The notes below the pieces were generated by a model that was not told the DNA's origin, ran no database searches, and was given only the letters and a program-made list of their open reading frames with translations. The position numbers and the translations under genes are program-made. Of a stretch of DNA of 64,000 bases, positions 26,951 to 35,191 are shown piece after piece (position 1 is the first letter of the stretch; each line of letters begins with the position of its first letter). This DNA is from Escherichia coli O157:H7 (GTDB lineage: Bacteria; Pseudomonadota; Gammaproteobacteria; Enterobacterales; Enterobacteriaceae): NCBI RefSeq assembly GCF_013167455.1, contig NZ_CP038328.1; one strand, written 5' to 3'.

Positions 26951-27604
26951 ATGATGAACATGAGTGATCGTATTCGCCAAAGGCGAAAAGAACTGAACCT
27001 GACACAACAAGCACTGGCTGATTTGACTGGTGTGAACCGTGTCACGGTTACTGGATGGGAAAAGGACGACTACCAACCAAATGGAGCCAACCTTCAAGCC
27101 CTAGCCAACGCACTTAAATGCGATCCTCTGTGGCTTGTTAGCGGAAAAGGCTCGCCTGAACCAAAGATAAATCTAAAACCTGAAATATTCGCAGTTAAAA
27201 AAGTCCCCCTCATCTCGTGGGTTCAGGCGGGTTCATGGACAATGACGGAGCCTGGTGTCAGGAAAGAAGATGCTGAAGAGTGGGTTTATACTACCGCCCT
27301 TGTATCAGAAATGGCATTTGCACTACGGGTCCGTGGTGATTCAATGACCAATCCCCTCGGCTCACCATCGATACCAGAAGGTTCTATCGTTATCGTAGAG
27401 CCAGATATTATTGATACAGAGTGTATTAACGGAAAAATCGTTGTTGCCCATATCAATGGTGGGCAAGAAGCGACACTCAAAAAATTTGTTGAGGACTGGC
27501 CGAACAGGTATCTCGTCCCACTAAATCCTAACTATAAAACTATTGAATGCGGTGAGAACTGCAGAATAGTTGGTCTTGTCAAACAAGTAATAATGGATTT
27601 TTGA
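26951..27604 (+). CDS. cI: CI-type repressor (HTH_XRE plus S24 LexA-like peptidase domain)
   Basis: 217 aa; N-terminal HTH (IRQRRKELNLTQQALADLTGVNRVTVTGWE), Ala-Gly cleavage site (VQAGSW), catalytic Ser (VRGDSM) and Lys (ATLKKF). Confidence 0.85.
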   Translation: MMNMSDRIRQRRKELNLTQQALADLTGVNRVTVTGWEKDDYQPNGANLQALANALKCDPLWLVSGKGSPEPKINLKPEIFAVKKVPLISWVQAGSWTMTEPGVRKEDAEEWVYTTALVSEMAFALRVRGDSMTNPLGSPSIPEGSIVIVEPDIIDTECINGKIVVAHINGGQEATLKKFVEDWPNRYLVPLNPNYKTIECGENCRIVGLVKQVIMDF

Positions 27605-27624
27605 CACATCTTCCTCACTATCGC

Positions 27625-27650
27625 AAAACCGGGGTATCCCCGGTTTTTTT
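27625..27650 (+). terminator. intrinsic terminator after cI
   Basis: aaaaccggggtatccccggttttttt. Confidence 0.7.
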
Positions 27651-27659
27651 ATGAGCCTA

Positions 27660-27720
27660 TCTTTTTATGTAGGATAACCAACATAAACTCTTGACACTCA
27701 CATGTTGGATATCCTACATT
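27660..27720 (+). promoter_or_regulatory. OL/pL-like operator-promoter
   Basis: Operator copies atgtaggataaccaacat and catgttggatatcctacat flanking TTGACA (27691-27696) with a -10-like tacatt 18 nt downstream. Confidence 0.5.
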
Positions 27721-28061
27721 TGTTTTTAGAGTTGTGGTGAATGCGCAGGCTGATGCGCGAAAGACATTGCAGCTATTGCGGAAAAGAGCTGTTCGGCGGG
27801 GCAATTAAACGCCCGTGAGAGTCTGAAATAACCGCAAGCCGGAGATCAGCACCGGTCACCACAACAGCCACTGCTTTGGCGGTACCAGTTTGTACACTTG
27901 CTTCCGGCTGGTACCGCTCTTTTTACAAAACAGAGAAGAGCATCACCGGACGACGGGCTCATAACCCAATCCATCCGGGCGGCTGCCACCGCAGGTGTTC
28001 TTCTCTGTTTTGTGGAGAAACCAACCGACCTTGCAGGGTCGATATGATGAGGAGCAACAAA

Positions 28062-28424
28062 ATGGCTAGCGAACGCAGTACTGATGTGCAGGCATTTATC
28101 GGGGAGCTGGACGGCGGCGTATTTGAAACAAAAATCGGCGCAGTTCTCAGTGAAGTCGCTTCCGGTGTGATGAACACGAAAACCAAAGGTAAGGTCTCGC
28201 TCAACCTGGAAATCGAACCGTTTGATGAGAACCGTGTGAAAATCAAACACAAACTCTCATATGTTCGCCCGACTAACCGCGGGAAAATTTCCGAAGAAGA
28301 CACCACCGAAACGCCGATGTATGTCAATCGCGGTGGTCGCCTGACTATTCTGCAGGAAGACCAGGGACAATTACTGACTCTTGCCGGTGAACCTGACGGA
28401 AAACTACGCGCAGCAGGTCATTAA
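28062..28424 (+). CDS. hypothetical early-left protein
   Basis: ATG 28062 preceded by AGGAG; 120 aa MASERSTDVQAFIGELDGGVFETKIGAVLSEVASGVMNTK…. Confidence 0.5.
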   Translation: MASERSTDVQAFIGELDGGVFETKIGAVLSEVASGVMNTKTKGKVSLNLEIEPFDENRVKIKHKLSYVRPTNRGKISEEDTTETPMYVNRGGRLTILQEDQGQLLTLAGEPDGKLRAAGH

Positions 28425-28489
28425 TATCGTTCTTAATTAACTGATTATTTATCTCATCACTGAATATCTTTATATAGTGAGGACTTATT

Positions 28490-29314
28490 ATGTCTCAGAA
28501 CTTAGACGCAACCGCAATTAATCAAATCCATGCCCTTATTTCTGCTCAGGGTGTTAATGAAATTATCAGTAAGATTGGTGCCGATGCTGTGGCATTGCCT
28601 GAGAATTTCCGCATTCATGATCTGGAAAAATTTAATTTAAATCGCTTCCGTTTCCGTGGTGCGCTTTCCACTGCCAGCATCGATGACTTTACCCGTTATT
28701 CTAAAGATCTTGCAGATGAAGGCACCCGCTGCTTTATCGATGCCGATAATATGCGTGCCGTCAGTGTGCTTAACCTGGGTACTATTGATGAACCAGGTCA
28801 CGCAGATAACACCGCCACTCTCAAGCTAAAAAAGACAGCACCGTTTTCTGCTCTGTTGTCTGTTAATGGCGAGCGTAACTCCCAGAAGTCACTGGCAGAA
28901 TGGATTGAAGACTGGGCCGACTACCTTGTGGGCTTTGATGCTAATGGTGACGCTATTCAGGCAACAAAAGCGGCTGCGGCTGTCCGTAAAATCACGATTG
29001 AAGCAAACCAGACCGCTGATTTTGAAGATAATGACTTCAGCGGCAAACGCTCCCTGATGGAGTCTGTCGAAGCGAAGACCAAAGATATTATGCCAGTGGC
29101 ATTTGAATTTAAATGCGTTCCGTTTGAAGGTCTGAAAGAACGTCCATTTAAATTACGCCTCAGCATTATCACTGGCGATCGTCCGGTACTGGTTCTGCGC
29201 ATTATTCAGCTGGAAGCAGTGCAGGAAGAAATGGCTAACGAATTTCGTGATCTGCTTGTTGAGAAATTCAAAGACAGCAAAGTAGAAACCTTTATTGGTA
29301 CTTTCACCGCCTGA
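28490..29314 (+). CDS. DUF2303-like prophage protein (YfdQ-like)
   Basis: 274 aa [21 protein letters not shown]…; size and N-terminus recall YfdQ of CPS-53. Confidence 0.45.
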   Translation: MSQNLDATAINQIHALISAQGVNEIISKIGADAVALPENFRIHDLEKFNLNRFRFRGALSTASIDDFTRYSKDLADEGTRCFIDADNMRAVSVLNLGTIDEPGHADNTATLKLKKTAPFSALLSVNGERNSQKSLAEWIEDWADYLVGFDANGDAIQATKAAAAVRKITIEANQTADFEDNDFSGKRSLMESVEAKTKDIMPVAFEFKCVPFEGLKERPFKLRLSIITGDRPVLVLRIIQLEAVQEEMANEFRDLLVEKFKDSKVETFIGTFTA

Positions 29315-29441
29315 TTTCATTACTGCAAATGCCCCTGCGGGGGCATTTATGGAAACGTAATTAACTCAATAATCGCCGGATGGTGAGGGCTTCCTTTTAC
29401 CAGAATTCAGCGCGGTGCAGCGCATATACGTGGAGAACAAA

Positions 29442-29978
29442 ATGTCATTTATTAAAACTTTTTCCGGGAAGCATTTTTATTATGACAGGATAAATAAAGA
29501 CGACATCGATATTAACGATATCGCGGTTTCCCTTTCAAATATCTGTCGCTTTGCCGGTCATCTTTCGCACTTCTACAGCGTCGCCCAACATGCGGTTCTT
29601 TGCAGCCAGCTGGTACCGCAGGAATTTGCTTTTGAAGCATTAATGCATGATGCAACAGAAGCGTATTGCCAGGACATCCCCGCTCCACTGAAACGCCTTC
29701 TTCCTGACTATAAACGGATGGAAGAAAAAATTGACGCCGTAATCCGTGAGAAATACGGGTTACCCCCAGTTATGAGTACGCCCGTGAAATATGCCGATCT
29801 TATCATGCTGGCAACCGAACGCCGCGATCTCGGGCTTGATGATGGCTCTTTCTGGCCTGTACTGGAAGGCATCCCGGCAACAGAGATGTTCAACGTGATT
29901 CCACTGGCACCTAGCCATGCCTACGAGATGTTTATGGAACGTTTTAACGAGTTATCGGAGTTACACAAATGCGCATGA
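29442..29978 (+). CDS. HD-domain phosphohydrolase (YfdR-like 5'-deoxynucleotidase)
   Basis: …SLSNICRFAGHLSHFYSVAQHAVLCS…LMHDATEAYCQDIPAPLK… His/Asp metal-binding motifs; ATG 29442 with GGAGA RBS. Confidence 0.65.
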   Translation: MSFIKTFSGKHFYYDRINKDDIDINDIAVSLSNICRFAGHLSHFYSVAQHAVLCSQLVPQEFAFEALMHDATEAYCQDIPAPLKRLLPDYKRMEEKIDAVIREKYGLPPVMSTPVKYADLIMLATERRDLGLDDGSFWPVLEGIPATEMFNVIPLAPSHAYEMFMERFNELSELHKCA

Positions 29979-30319
29979 ATGTTTTCGAAATGGAAGGGTT
30001 TCTTCGCGGGAAATGTGTACCGCGAGATCTGAAAGTGAATGAAACAAATGCTGAGTATCTGGTGCGTAAATTCGATGAAGTACGTGCTGAGGCTCGCAAC
30101 GAGGGTATTAACTATACCGCAAGCCGTCTTGCTGCTGCTTTCAATCACGGATTTATCAATAAGCCTTTGGCTGAAGTTTTCGACGTTACACGCATGATTC
30201 TGTCAGCAAAAGAAGAGTTAGCTAATGAATCGCATCCGATTGATGGCCTGTCCGGTGAATATGCAGAGAAATCCCTTGAAGAATGGGCGGAACGGCTTCG
30301 CAAAGGAGGCAGCCAGTGA
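29969..30319 (+). CDS. hypothetical protein
   Basis: 116-aa ORF overlapping neighbours at both ends (translational coupling). Confidence 0.45.
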   Translation: MRMNVFEMEGFLRGKCVPRDLKVNETNAEYLVRKFDEVRAEARNEGINYTASRLAAAFNHGFINKPLAEVFDVTRMILSAKEELANESHPIDGLSGEYAEKSLEEWAERLRKGGSQ

Positions 30320-30789
30320 CTGGACATGCAGCAATCCTCGACATGTGCTGTGGCAGTCGCATGTTCTGGTTCGATAAGAATGACGACCGGGCGATATTTA
30401 GCGATATCAGAAAGGAAGAGCACACATTGTGTGATGGACGACGCCTGATTATCAGTCCTGATCTGATAGCTGATTTTCGTGCACTACCATTTGCAGACGC
30501 ATCTTTTTCGATGGTTATATTCGACCCTCCGCATCTTGAGCGTGTTGGTGATAACGCCTGGATGGGAAAGAAATATGGACGGCTGAATAAAGATACCTGG
30601 CGTGATGATTTGCGGCAGGGATTTAAAGAAGCCTTTCGTGTGTTGCGTCCATCCGGCGTTCTGATTTTTAAATGGAATGAAACGCAAATACCTGTTCGCC
30701 AGATATTGGTACTGACCGACAGAAAACCTGTTATCGGTCAACGAACAGGAAAAAACGATAAAACCCACTGGATTATTTTTATGAAATAG
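30316..30789 (+). CDS. small putative SAM-dependent (DNA) methyltransferase
   Basis: …ILDMCCGSRMFWF… (motif I-like) and …VIFDPPHLERVG… (DPPH, cf. DPPY/DPPW); GTG 30316 after AAAGGAGG, or ATG 30343. Confidence 0.5.
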   Translation: MTGHAAILDMCCGSRMFWFDKNDDRAIFSDIRKEEHTLCDGRRLIISPDLIADFRALPFADASFSMVIFDPPHLERVGDNAWMGKKYGRLNKDTWRDDLRQGFKEAFRVLRPSGVLIFKWNETQIPVRQILVLTDRKPVIGQRTGKNDKTHWIIFMK

Positions 30790-30935
30790 GCATCCAGTGA
30801 GTAGGTTCGTAAGGTTACAGATACGTATATCTGAATAATTAAATTCAGTTCTGTAAATAAAATTTAATCCTTAACCGGAGGGATTCCTGCACCCTCAGAA
30901 CATCAGGAGACCGCCCGAAAGGGCGGTAATGAAAA

Positions 30936-31403
30936 ATGGCTGAATTAACCAAATGGCTACAAAACACGATTACCGGAATTGAAACGGTAGTAGACGATAA
31001 ATCGTTTGTATGTGATGAAATAGTATTCAAAATCGATGTGGTTAAAAACGTACTTACCGCATTTAAAGTCGCGCTGGTATCGCTGGAAGCCGAACCGGTG
31101 ACATGGCGATATCGCTACGTGAGAAAAGGCGTTACGAACTTTCAGGAGAAGCCGTGGGTTGGTGACTGGAAATATGTACCGACAAAAGAGGATTGCAACG
31201 ACAGGCCGAACTATGAAATTCAGGCGTTATTCACGGCCCAGCCTGTGCCACTGACACCCGAAGGATTGATTAAAGCGGTGCGCTTCTATGAACAGGTTAA
31301 GAGTGAAAATCCGCCAGTCGAAACCGGAGCATGGAAAGACGCTGTTGACTGGGTGCTCAAAGAGGCTTGTCAGGCTGTAAACATTGGCATCAAAGGAGAG
31401 TGA
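30936..31403 (+). CDS. hypothetical protein sharing an N-terminal module with CDS 31599..32333
   Basis: MAELTKWLQNTITGIETVVDDKSF… versus MNTLTKEWLQNTITSIESARDEIPF…. Confidence 0.5.
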   Translation: MAELTKWLQNTITGIETVVDDKSFVCDEIVFKIDVVKNVLTAFKVALVSLEAEPVTWRYRYVRKGVTNFQEKPWVGDWKYVPTKEDCNDRPNYEIQALFTAQPVPLTPEGLIKAVRFYEQVKSENPPVETGAWKDAVDWVLKEACQAVNIGIKGE

Positions 31404-31404
31404 G

Positions 31405-31596
31405 ATGAACGGACAAATATCAATTGTTCGACCGGGAGCATGTGACGATCGCGAGATACGAATGATTATTCGTCTGGCGATGGGGAAAACAATAACAGCT
31501 CTCATTACTCCTGAAAATCTCGCATTAGCATTAACAGGAAAGTCAGACTTGCCAGTAGAGCTAAAGCTGCGAAATGTTGAGATTAAGGTGAAATAG
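31405..31596 (+). CDS. hypothetical small protein
   Basis: ATG 31405 after GGAGAG; 63 aa. Confidence 0.35.
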   Translation: MNGQISIVRPGACDDREIRMIIRLAMGKTITALITPENLALALTGKSDLPVELKLRNVEIKVK

Positions 31597-31598
31597 TT

Positions 31599-32333
31599 AT
31601 GAATACTCTTACCAAAGAATGGTTACAGAACACGATTACCAGCATTGAGTCAGCACGGGATGAAATACCGTTCGGACTCGATGAAGATCAAAACAACATG
31701 CTTACCGCATTAAAAATTACACTGGCATCACTGGCAGCAGTATCGGATGAACGAGCAGCCTATGAATTATTTATGGAGAAGCGTTTCGGGGAATCTGTAG
31801 ATCGCCGTAGGGCAAAAAATGGCGATAGAGAATACATGGCATGGGATATGGCGCTTGGCTGGATTATCTGGTGTCACCGCGCCGCCATGCTTCAGGGTAG
31901 CCAACCTGTAAGCCAAACTTACAACTTGCCAGAATTAATCGAAGGCATGGAAGTTTCCATTGATATAAGCACTTGTGATGCTGATTTAGGTAATCGCTAT
32001 TTCGGCACCGTCACCGAAGCGTTAGAACTTGATACAGCCAAGAATGGTTACATCCTCTTGGTTCAGGACGCAGAGCCAAACTTCGATGTAAATGGCAACT
32101 CTCCGGGAACTCCGGATAGTTGGATAAGCTGTAGTGATCGAATGCCTGAAAAGGGCCAGAACGTGCTTATTTCAGTGAATTTCGATAGCTCTCTGGTTGA
32201 ACCGCTAATATGCTCCGCACGCTATACCGGAAGCACCTTTCGGCGCGGAGATGCAACGATTAAGCCGGGTAATGGTATTGAGCAAGCAACTCACTGGATG
32301 CCGCTACCGGAACCGCCGCAGGAGGTGAAGTGA
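31599..32333 (+). CDS. DUF551-like prophage protein
   Basis: C-terminus …ISCSDRMPEKGQNVLI…ATHWMPLPEPPQ typical of DUF551. Confidence 0.55.
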   Translation: MNTLTKEWLQNTITSIESARDEIPFGLDEDQNNMLTALKITLASLAAVSDERAAYELFMEKRFGESVDRRRAKNGDREYMAWDMALGWIIWCHRAAMLQGSQPVSQTYNLPELIEGMEVSIDISTCDADLGNRYFGTVTEALELDTAKNGYILLVQDAEPNFDVNGNSPGTPDSWISCSDRMPEKGQNVLISVNFDSSLVEPLICSARYTGSTFRRGDATIKPGNGIEQATHWMPLPEPPQEVK

Positions 32334-32905
32334 TGAACAACTTAATGATCGACCTTGAGACGATGGGGAAAAATAAGGATGCACCGATCGTTTCCATTGG
32401 CGCGGTGTTCTTCACTCCAGAAACCGGAGACATCGGACAAGAATTCTATGCGGTTGTCAGCCTAGACAGTGCTATGAAGCAAGGAGCTACACCTGACGGC
32501 GATACCATCCTGTGGTGGTTGAAACAAAGCCCTGAAGCGCGAGCTGCAATCTGTATTGATGATACTTTGTCGATCAGCGATGCTCTCTCAGAACTAAACC
32601 ATTTCATTAACCGGCACGCAGACAATACGAAATATTTAAAAGTCTGGGGTAACGGGGCCACCTTCGACAACGTAATTTTACGTGGAGCTTACGAGCGAGC
32701 AGGACAAATCTGCCCGTGGGCGTACTGGAATGACCACGATGTACGCACGATCGTTACGCTTGGGCGTTCCATCGGATTCGACCCCAAAATGGACATGCCT
32801 TTCGATGGCGAACGGCACAACGCCCTGGCTGATGCCCGTCATCAGGCAAAATATGTTTCCGCTATCTGGCAGAAATTAATTCCTGCCACCAGCACAGAAT
32901 TATGA
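32330..32905 (+). CDS. DEDDh-type 3'-5' exonuclease
   Basis: LMIDLETMGKNKDAPIVSIGAVFF (Exo I), …WGNGATFDNVIL… (Exo II), …HNALADARHQA… (Exo III). Confidence 0.65.
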   Translation: MMNNLMIDLETMGKNKDAPIVSIGAVFFTPETGDIGQEFYAVVSLDSAMKQGATPDGDTILWWLKQSPEARAAICIDDTLSISDALSELNHFINRHADNTKYLKVWGNGATFDNVILRGAYERAGQICPWAYWNDHDVRTIVTLGRSIGFDPKMDMPFDGERHNALADARHQAKYVSAIWQKLIPATSTEL

Positions 32906-32914
32906 TTTTCCCGG

Positions 32915-33223
32915 GTGCAGCCGGTTTTGATGGAGAAAATTATGAACACCTTGTTTTTACTGATGGCTGAATTCAATACCCCAAACATTGAACTCTCAGC
33001 AGTTAGCCAAAAGTACTTTGGTATGAGTCCAGCCACGGCAGAAGCAAAAGCAAACGCTTGTAAGTTGCCCGTTCCAACATATCGCATCGGCACATCACAA
33101 AAAGCAAAACGTTGCATCAATATTCAGGATCTTGCGGAATACATAGACAAAAGGCGAGAAGAAGGACGTATCGAGTGGGAACAGGTCAGAACAGTCAAAC
33201 AGAAGGGCAAAGAAAATCACTAA
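32915..33223 (+). CDS. small DNA-binding protein (PrtN/excisionase-like)
   Basis: Last plus-strand gene of the early-left operon; …KYFGMSPATAEAKANACKLPVPTYRIG… HTH-like; probable start at 32930 or 32942. Confidence 0.45.
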   Translation: MQPVLMEKIMNTLFLLMAEFNTPNIELSAVSQKYFGMSPATAEAKANACKLPVPTYRIGTSQKAKRCINIQDLAEYIDKRREEGRIEWEQVRTVKQKGKENH

Positions 33224-33231
33224 AGAAAAAA

Positions 33232-33258
33232 CCCGCCTGAAGGCGGGTTTTCAAAAAG
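33232..33258. terminator. bidirectional intrinsic terminator at the prophage/island junction
   Basis: aaaaaacccgcctgaaggcgggttttcaaaaa: GC stem flanked by A-run and T-run. Confidence 0.7.
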
Positions 33259-33270
33259 CACCAGCTATGA

Positions 33271-33444
33271 TCATGCTGCTTTGAGACGACGAAGCTTACC
33301 CTGCTGCTCTTTACCAGAGACAGTAGCGTGAGTGAACGCATTAGGAGCAGCCTTCATCAGAACTTCAACAGCAGCACCCATACCTACGAATGCTTTCATT
33401 GTGTCGAACTTAACCTGTGGCTTGGTTGCTTTTTGATCTTCCAT
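33271..33444 (-). CDS. small protein (57 aa), third gene of the junction cassette
   Basis: Below the ORF-track size cut-off; ATG 33444 preceded by GGAG; MEDQKATKPQVKFDTMKAFVGMGAAVEVLMKAAPNAFTHATVSGKEQQGKLRRLKAA. Confidence 0.45.
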   Translation of the reverse strand: MEDQKATKPQVKFDTMKAFVGMGAAVEVLMKAAPNAFTHATVSGKEQQGKLRRLKAA

Positions 33445-33483
33445 AGAAAACTCCAGAAGTTATACCGAAACAATTCCTGTTGT

Positions 33484-33903
33484 TTACTCATCATCAATAG
33501 ATGATACGCAATATTTATTTTTAAATTTAAGGTTCTTTGGCGTAACTTCATCAGAGATATCAAAACCGTCCAGAATTCTATTGAATGTAGCTTCTGGCAT
33601 ATCATCATGAACAGAAATCTCACCCGATCGCTGCTTTCTAACCATGTTATCCACTCGCCAAATTATAGCTTCAGCGTAAACAACATAACTTGGATGCTTG
33701 ATAAAGCGATGATCACCAGAATTCAAGACGCAAGACGGATCGTGGGGGACACCATCCTTGATACTAGAAATATTAACAACTAAAACACAATAACAATCGT
33801 TAACGGGGTAATAAACAGGATCATTACAAATCACATGAAGATGATTGCATGGTCCAGTTGGGGCAAGCACAGTTCCTTTCCTGTATGGCTGATAATCCGT
33901 CAT
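33484..33903 (-). CDS. hypothetical protein (candidate toxin/effector partner)
   Basis: 139 aa, Cys/His-rich (…CNHLHVICND…HDPSCVLNSGDHRFIKHPSY…); ATGA overlap with the upstream gene. Confidence 0.55.
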   Translation of the reverse strand: MTDYQPYRKGTVLAPTGPCNHLHVICNDPVYYPVNDCYCVLVVNISSIKDGVPHDPSCVLNSGDHRFIKHPSYVVYAEAIIWRVDNMVRKQRSGEISVHDDMPEATFNRILDGFDISDEVTPKNLKFKNKYCVSSIDDE

Positions 33904-34472
33904 GATAATTGCAAAGAAAATTCCTTAAGTTTCTGAGATTCTTCCATTTTGCCAATTATGCGATTAGCCTCATCCTCGCTTTTACCCTCACTGATCAGCA
34001 TTTCTTTCAGGTCTATAGGCTTACGAGAATTGCCAGGATCGTGCCACTCTGGACAAACGCTTTCTAAATGCGTCATATTTGCGAGATCAAATCGGTTCAT
34101 ATGCCCATACCGAGAATAGATTTCATCTAAAATCCGGATATCTGCACGACTCAATTCATCAAAGACCTCGTCTGCATCCATTTCCCTCGGATCTGAACGC
34201 AACGATACATTATGCCCGTTCGTCTCTATCAAGTTGTACCAGTAGTCACCAATGCCTTCAGCCTTACCGCGAATCAAGTTCAGCGTATTCGACATGACTG
34301 GTCCAAATTTCATAGAGTAAAGGCTATCTTCGCCGATCATCCTGCCATGCTTCAAAATCGACTGGCGGTTAGACAGATAGAGCAGCTTCATCAATTTCAG
34401 ATATGCCATGCGCCCACCTCTCTTAAGAAGTAGGTATGCAGCCATTTGAGCTACTTTTTCTTCGCAAAACAT
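33900..34472 (-). CDS. Panacea (DUF4065/SocA-like) antitoxin-domain protein
   Basis: 190 aa; N-terminus MFCEEKVAQMAAYLLLKRGGRMAYLKLMKLLYLSNRQSILKHG resembles the N-terminal signature of Panacea-domain proteins (recalled); AT-rich. Confidence 0.5.
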   Translation of the reverse strand: MFCEEKVAQMAAYLLLKRGGRMAYLKLMKLLYLSNRQSILKHGRMIGEDSLYSMKFGPVMSNTLNLIRGKAEGIGDYWYNLIETNGHNVSLRSDPREMDADEVFDELSRADIRILDEIYSRYGHMNRFDLANMTHLESVCPEWHDPGNSRKPIDLKEMLISEGKSEDEANRIIGKMEESQKLKEFSLQLS

Positions 34473-35191
34473 ATAAGAAACCTCAAAGATAGTGAACTTT
34501 ATAATTATTCTCGATACTTCATGGGTTGCTTCATCACCAACATGAGCTTCTTATGGTGTGCCCACTTGGGCCTAAGCAACCAGTTACCTCGTTTGTCAAG
34601 TTTATAGCTGGCTTTAACCATGGTCAATTGAAGTGATGAGCAAATGATGCTTTCTAAGAATAACAGGTTCCCAATAGGCTCCCACAAAGTGCATAACTAG
34701 TTGTTTTTCAAAAACGGTACATCCTATCGAGCATTGGTGCAACGCTAAACCGACCACTCCAGTGAACGTCAGTTTTTTCAGGCATTGCGCTGGTTTGGTT
34801 GATTTTTTGCATTTCAGAATTACCGTGCATTTTCAAATGTAGAGATTATTTTATCGATATATCATGTGGTTATGTTATTCAGCATCACTGTTCAGGAGGC
34901 TCAATAACGGGGTACTATACCATAACAACAGGAAGCGCCTGTCTCATTGCAAAAGAAAATTGAGATCCTCTCAAGGCATGAAGCTCTCACGAAGTGAATA
35001 TCTAATCTTATTAGATGTTAGCGTTGTGAAAAGCAATGATAAACAATACAGATTCGACGATAAATAAAAATCACACATTAAACTCCGGTGATATCTCTCC
35101 CTGCTAATAGCACTGATAGAGAAAAAAAGAACCCAATAAACATTGGGTTCTTTTATGTAATACCTTTCATACCATCGAAGAACTTCACATA

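Noticed and set aside
27737-27808. N-like antiterminator gene directly downstream of pL
   Set aside because: Only a 23-codon GTG ORF without an arginine-rich motif is present; not called as a gene.
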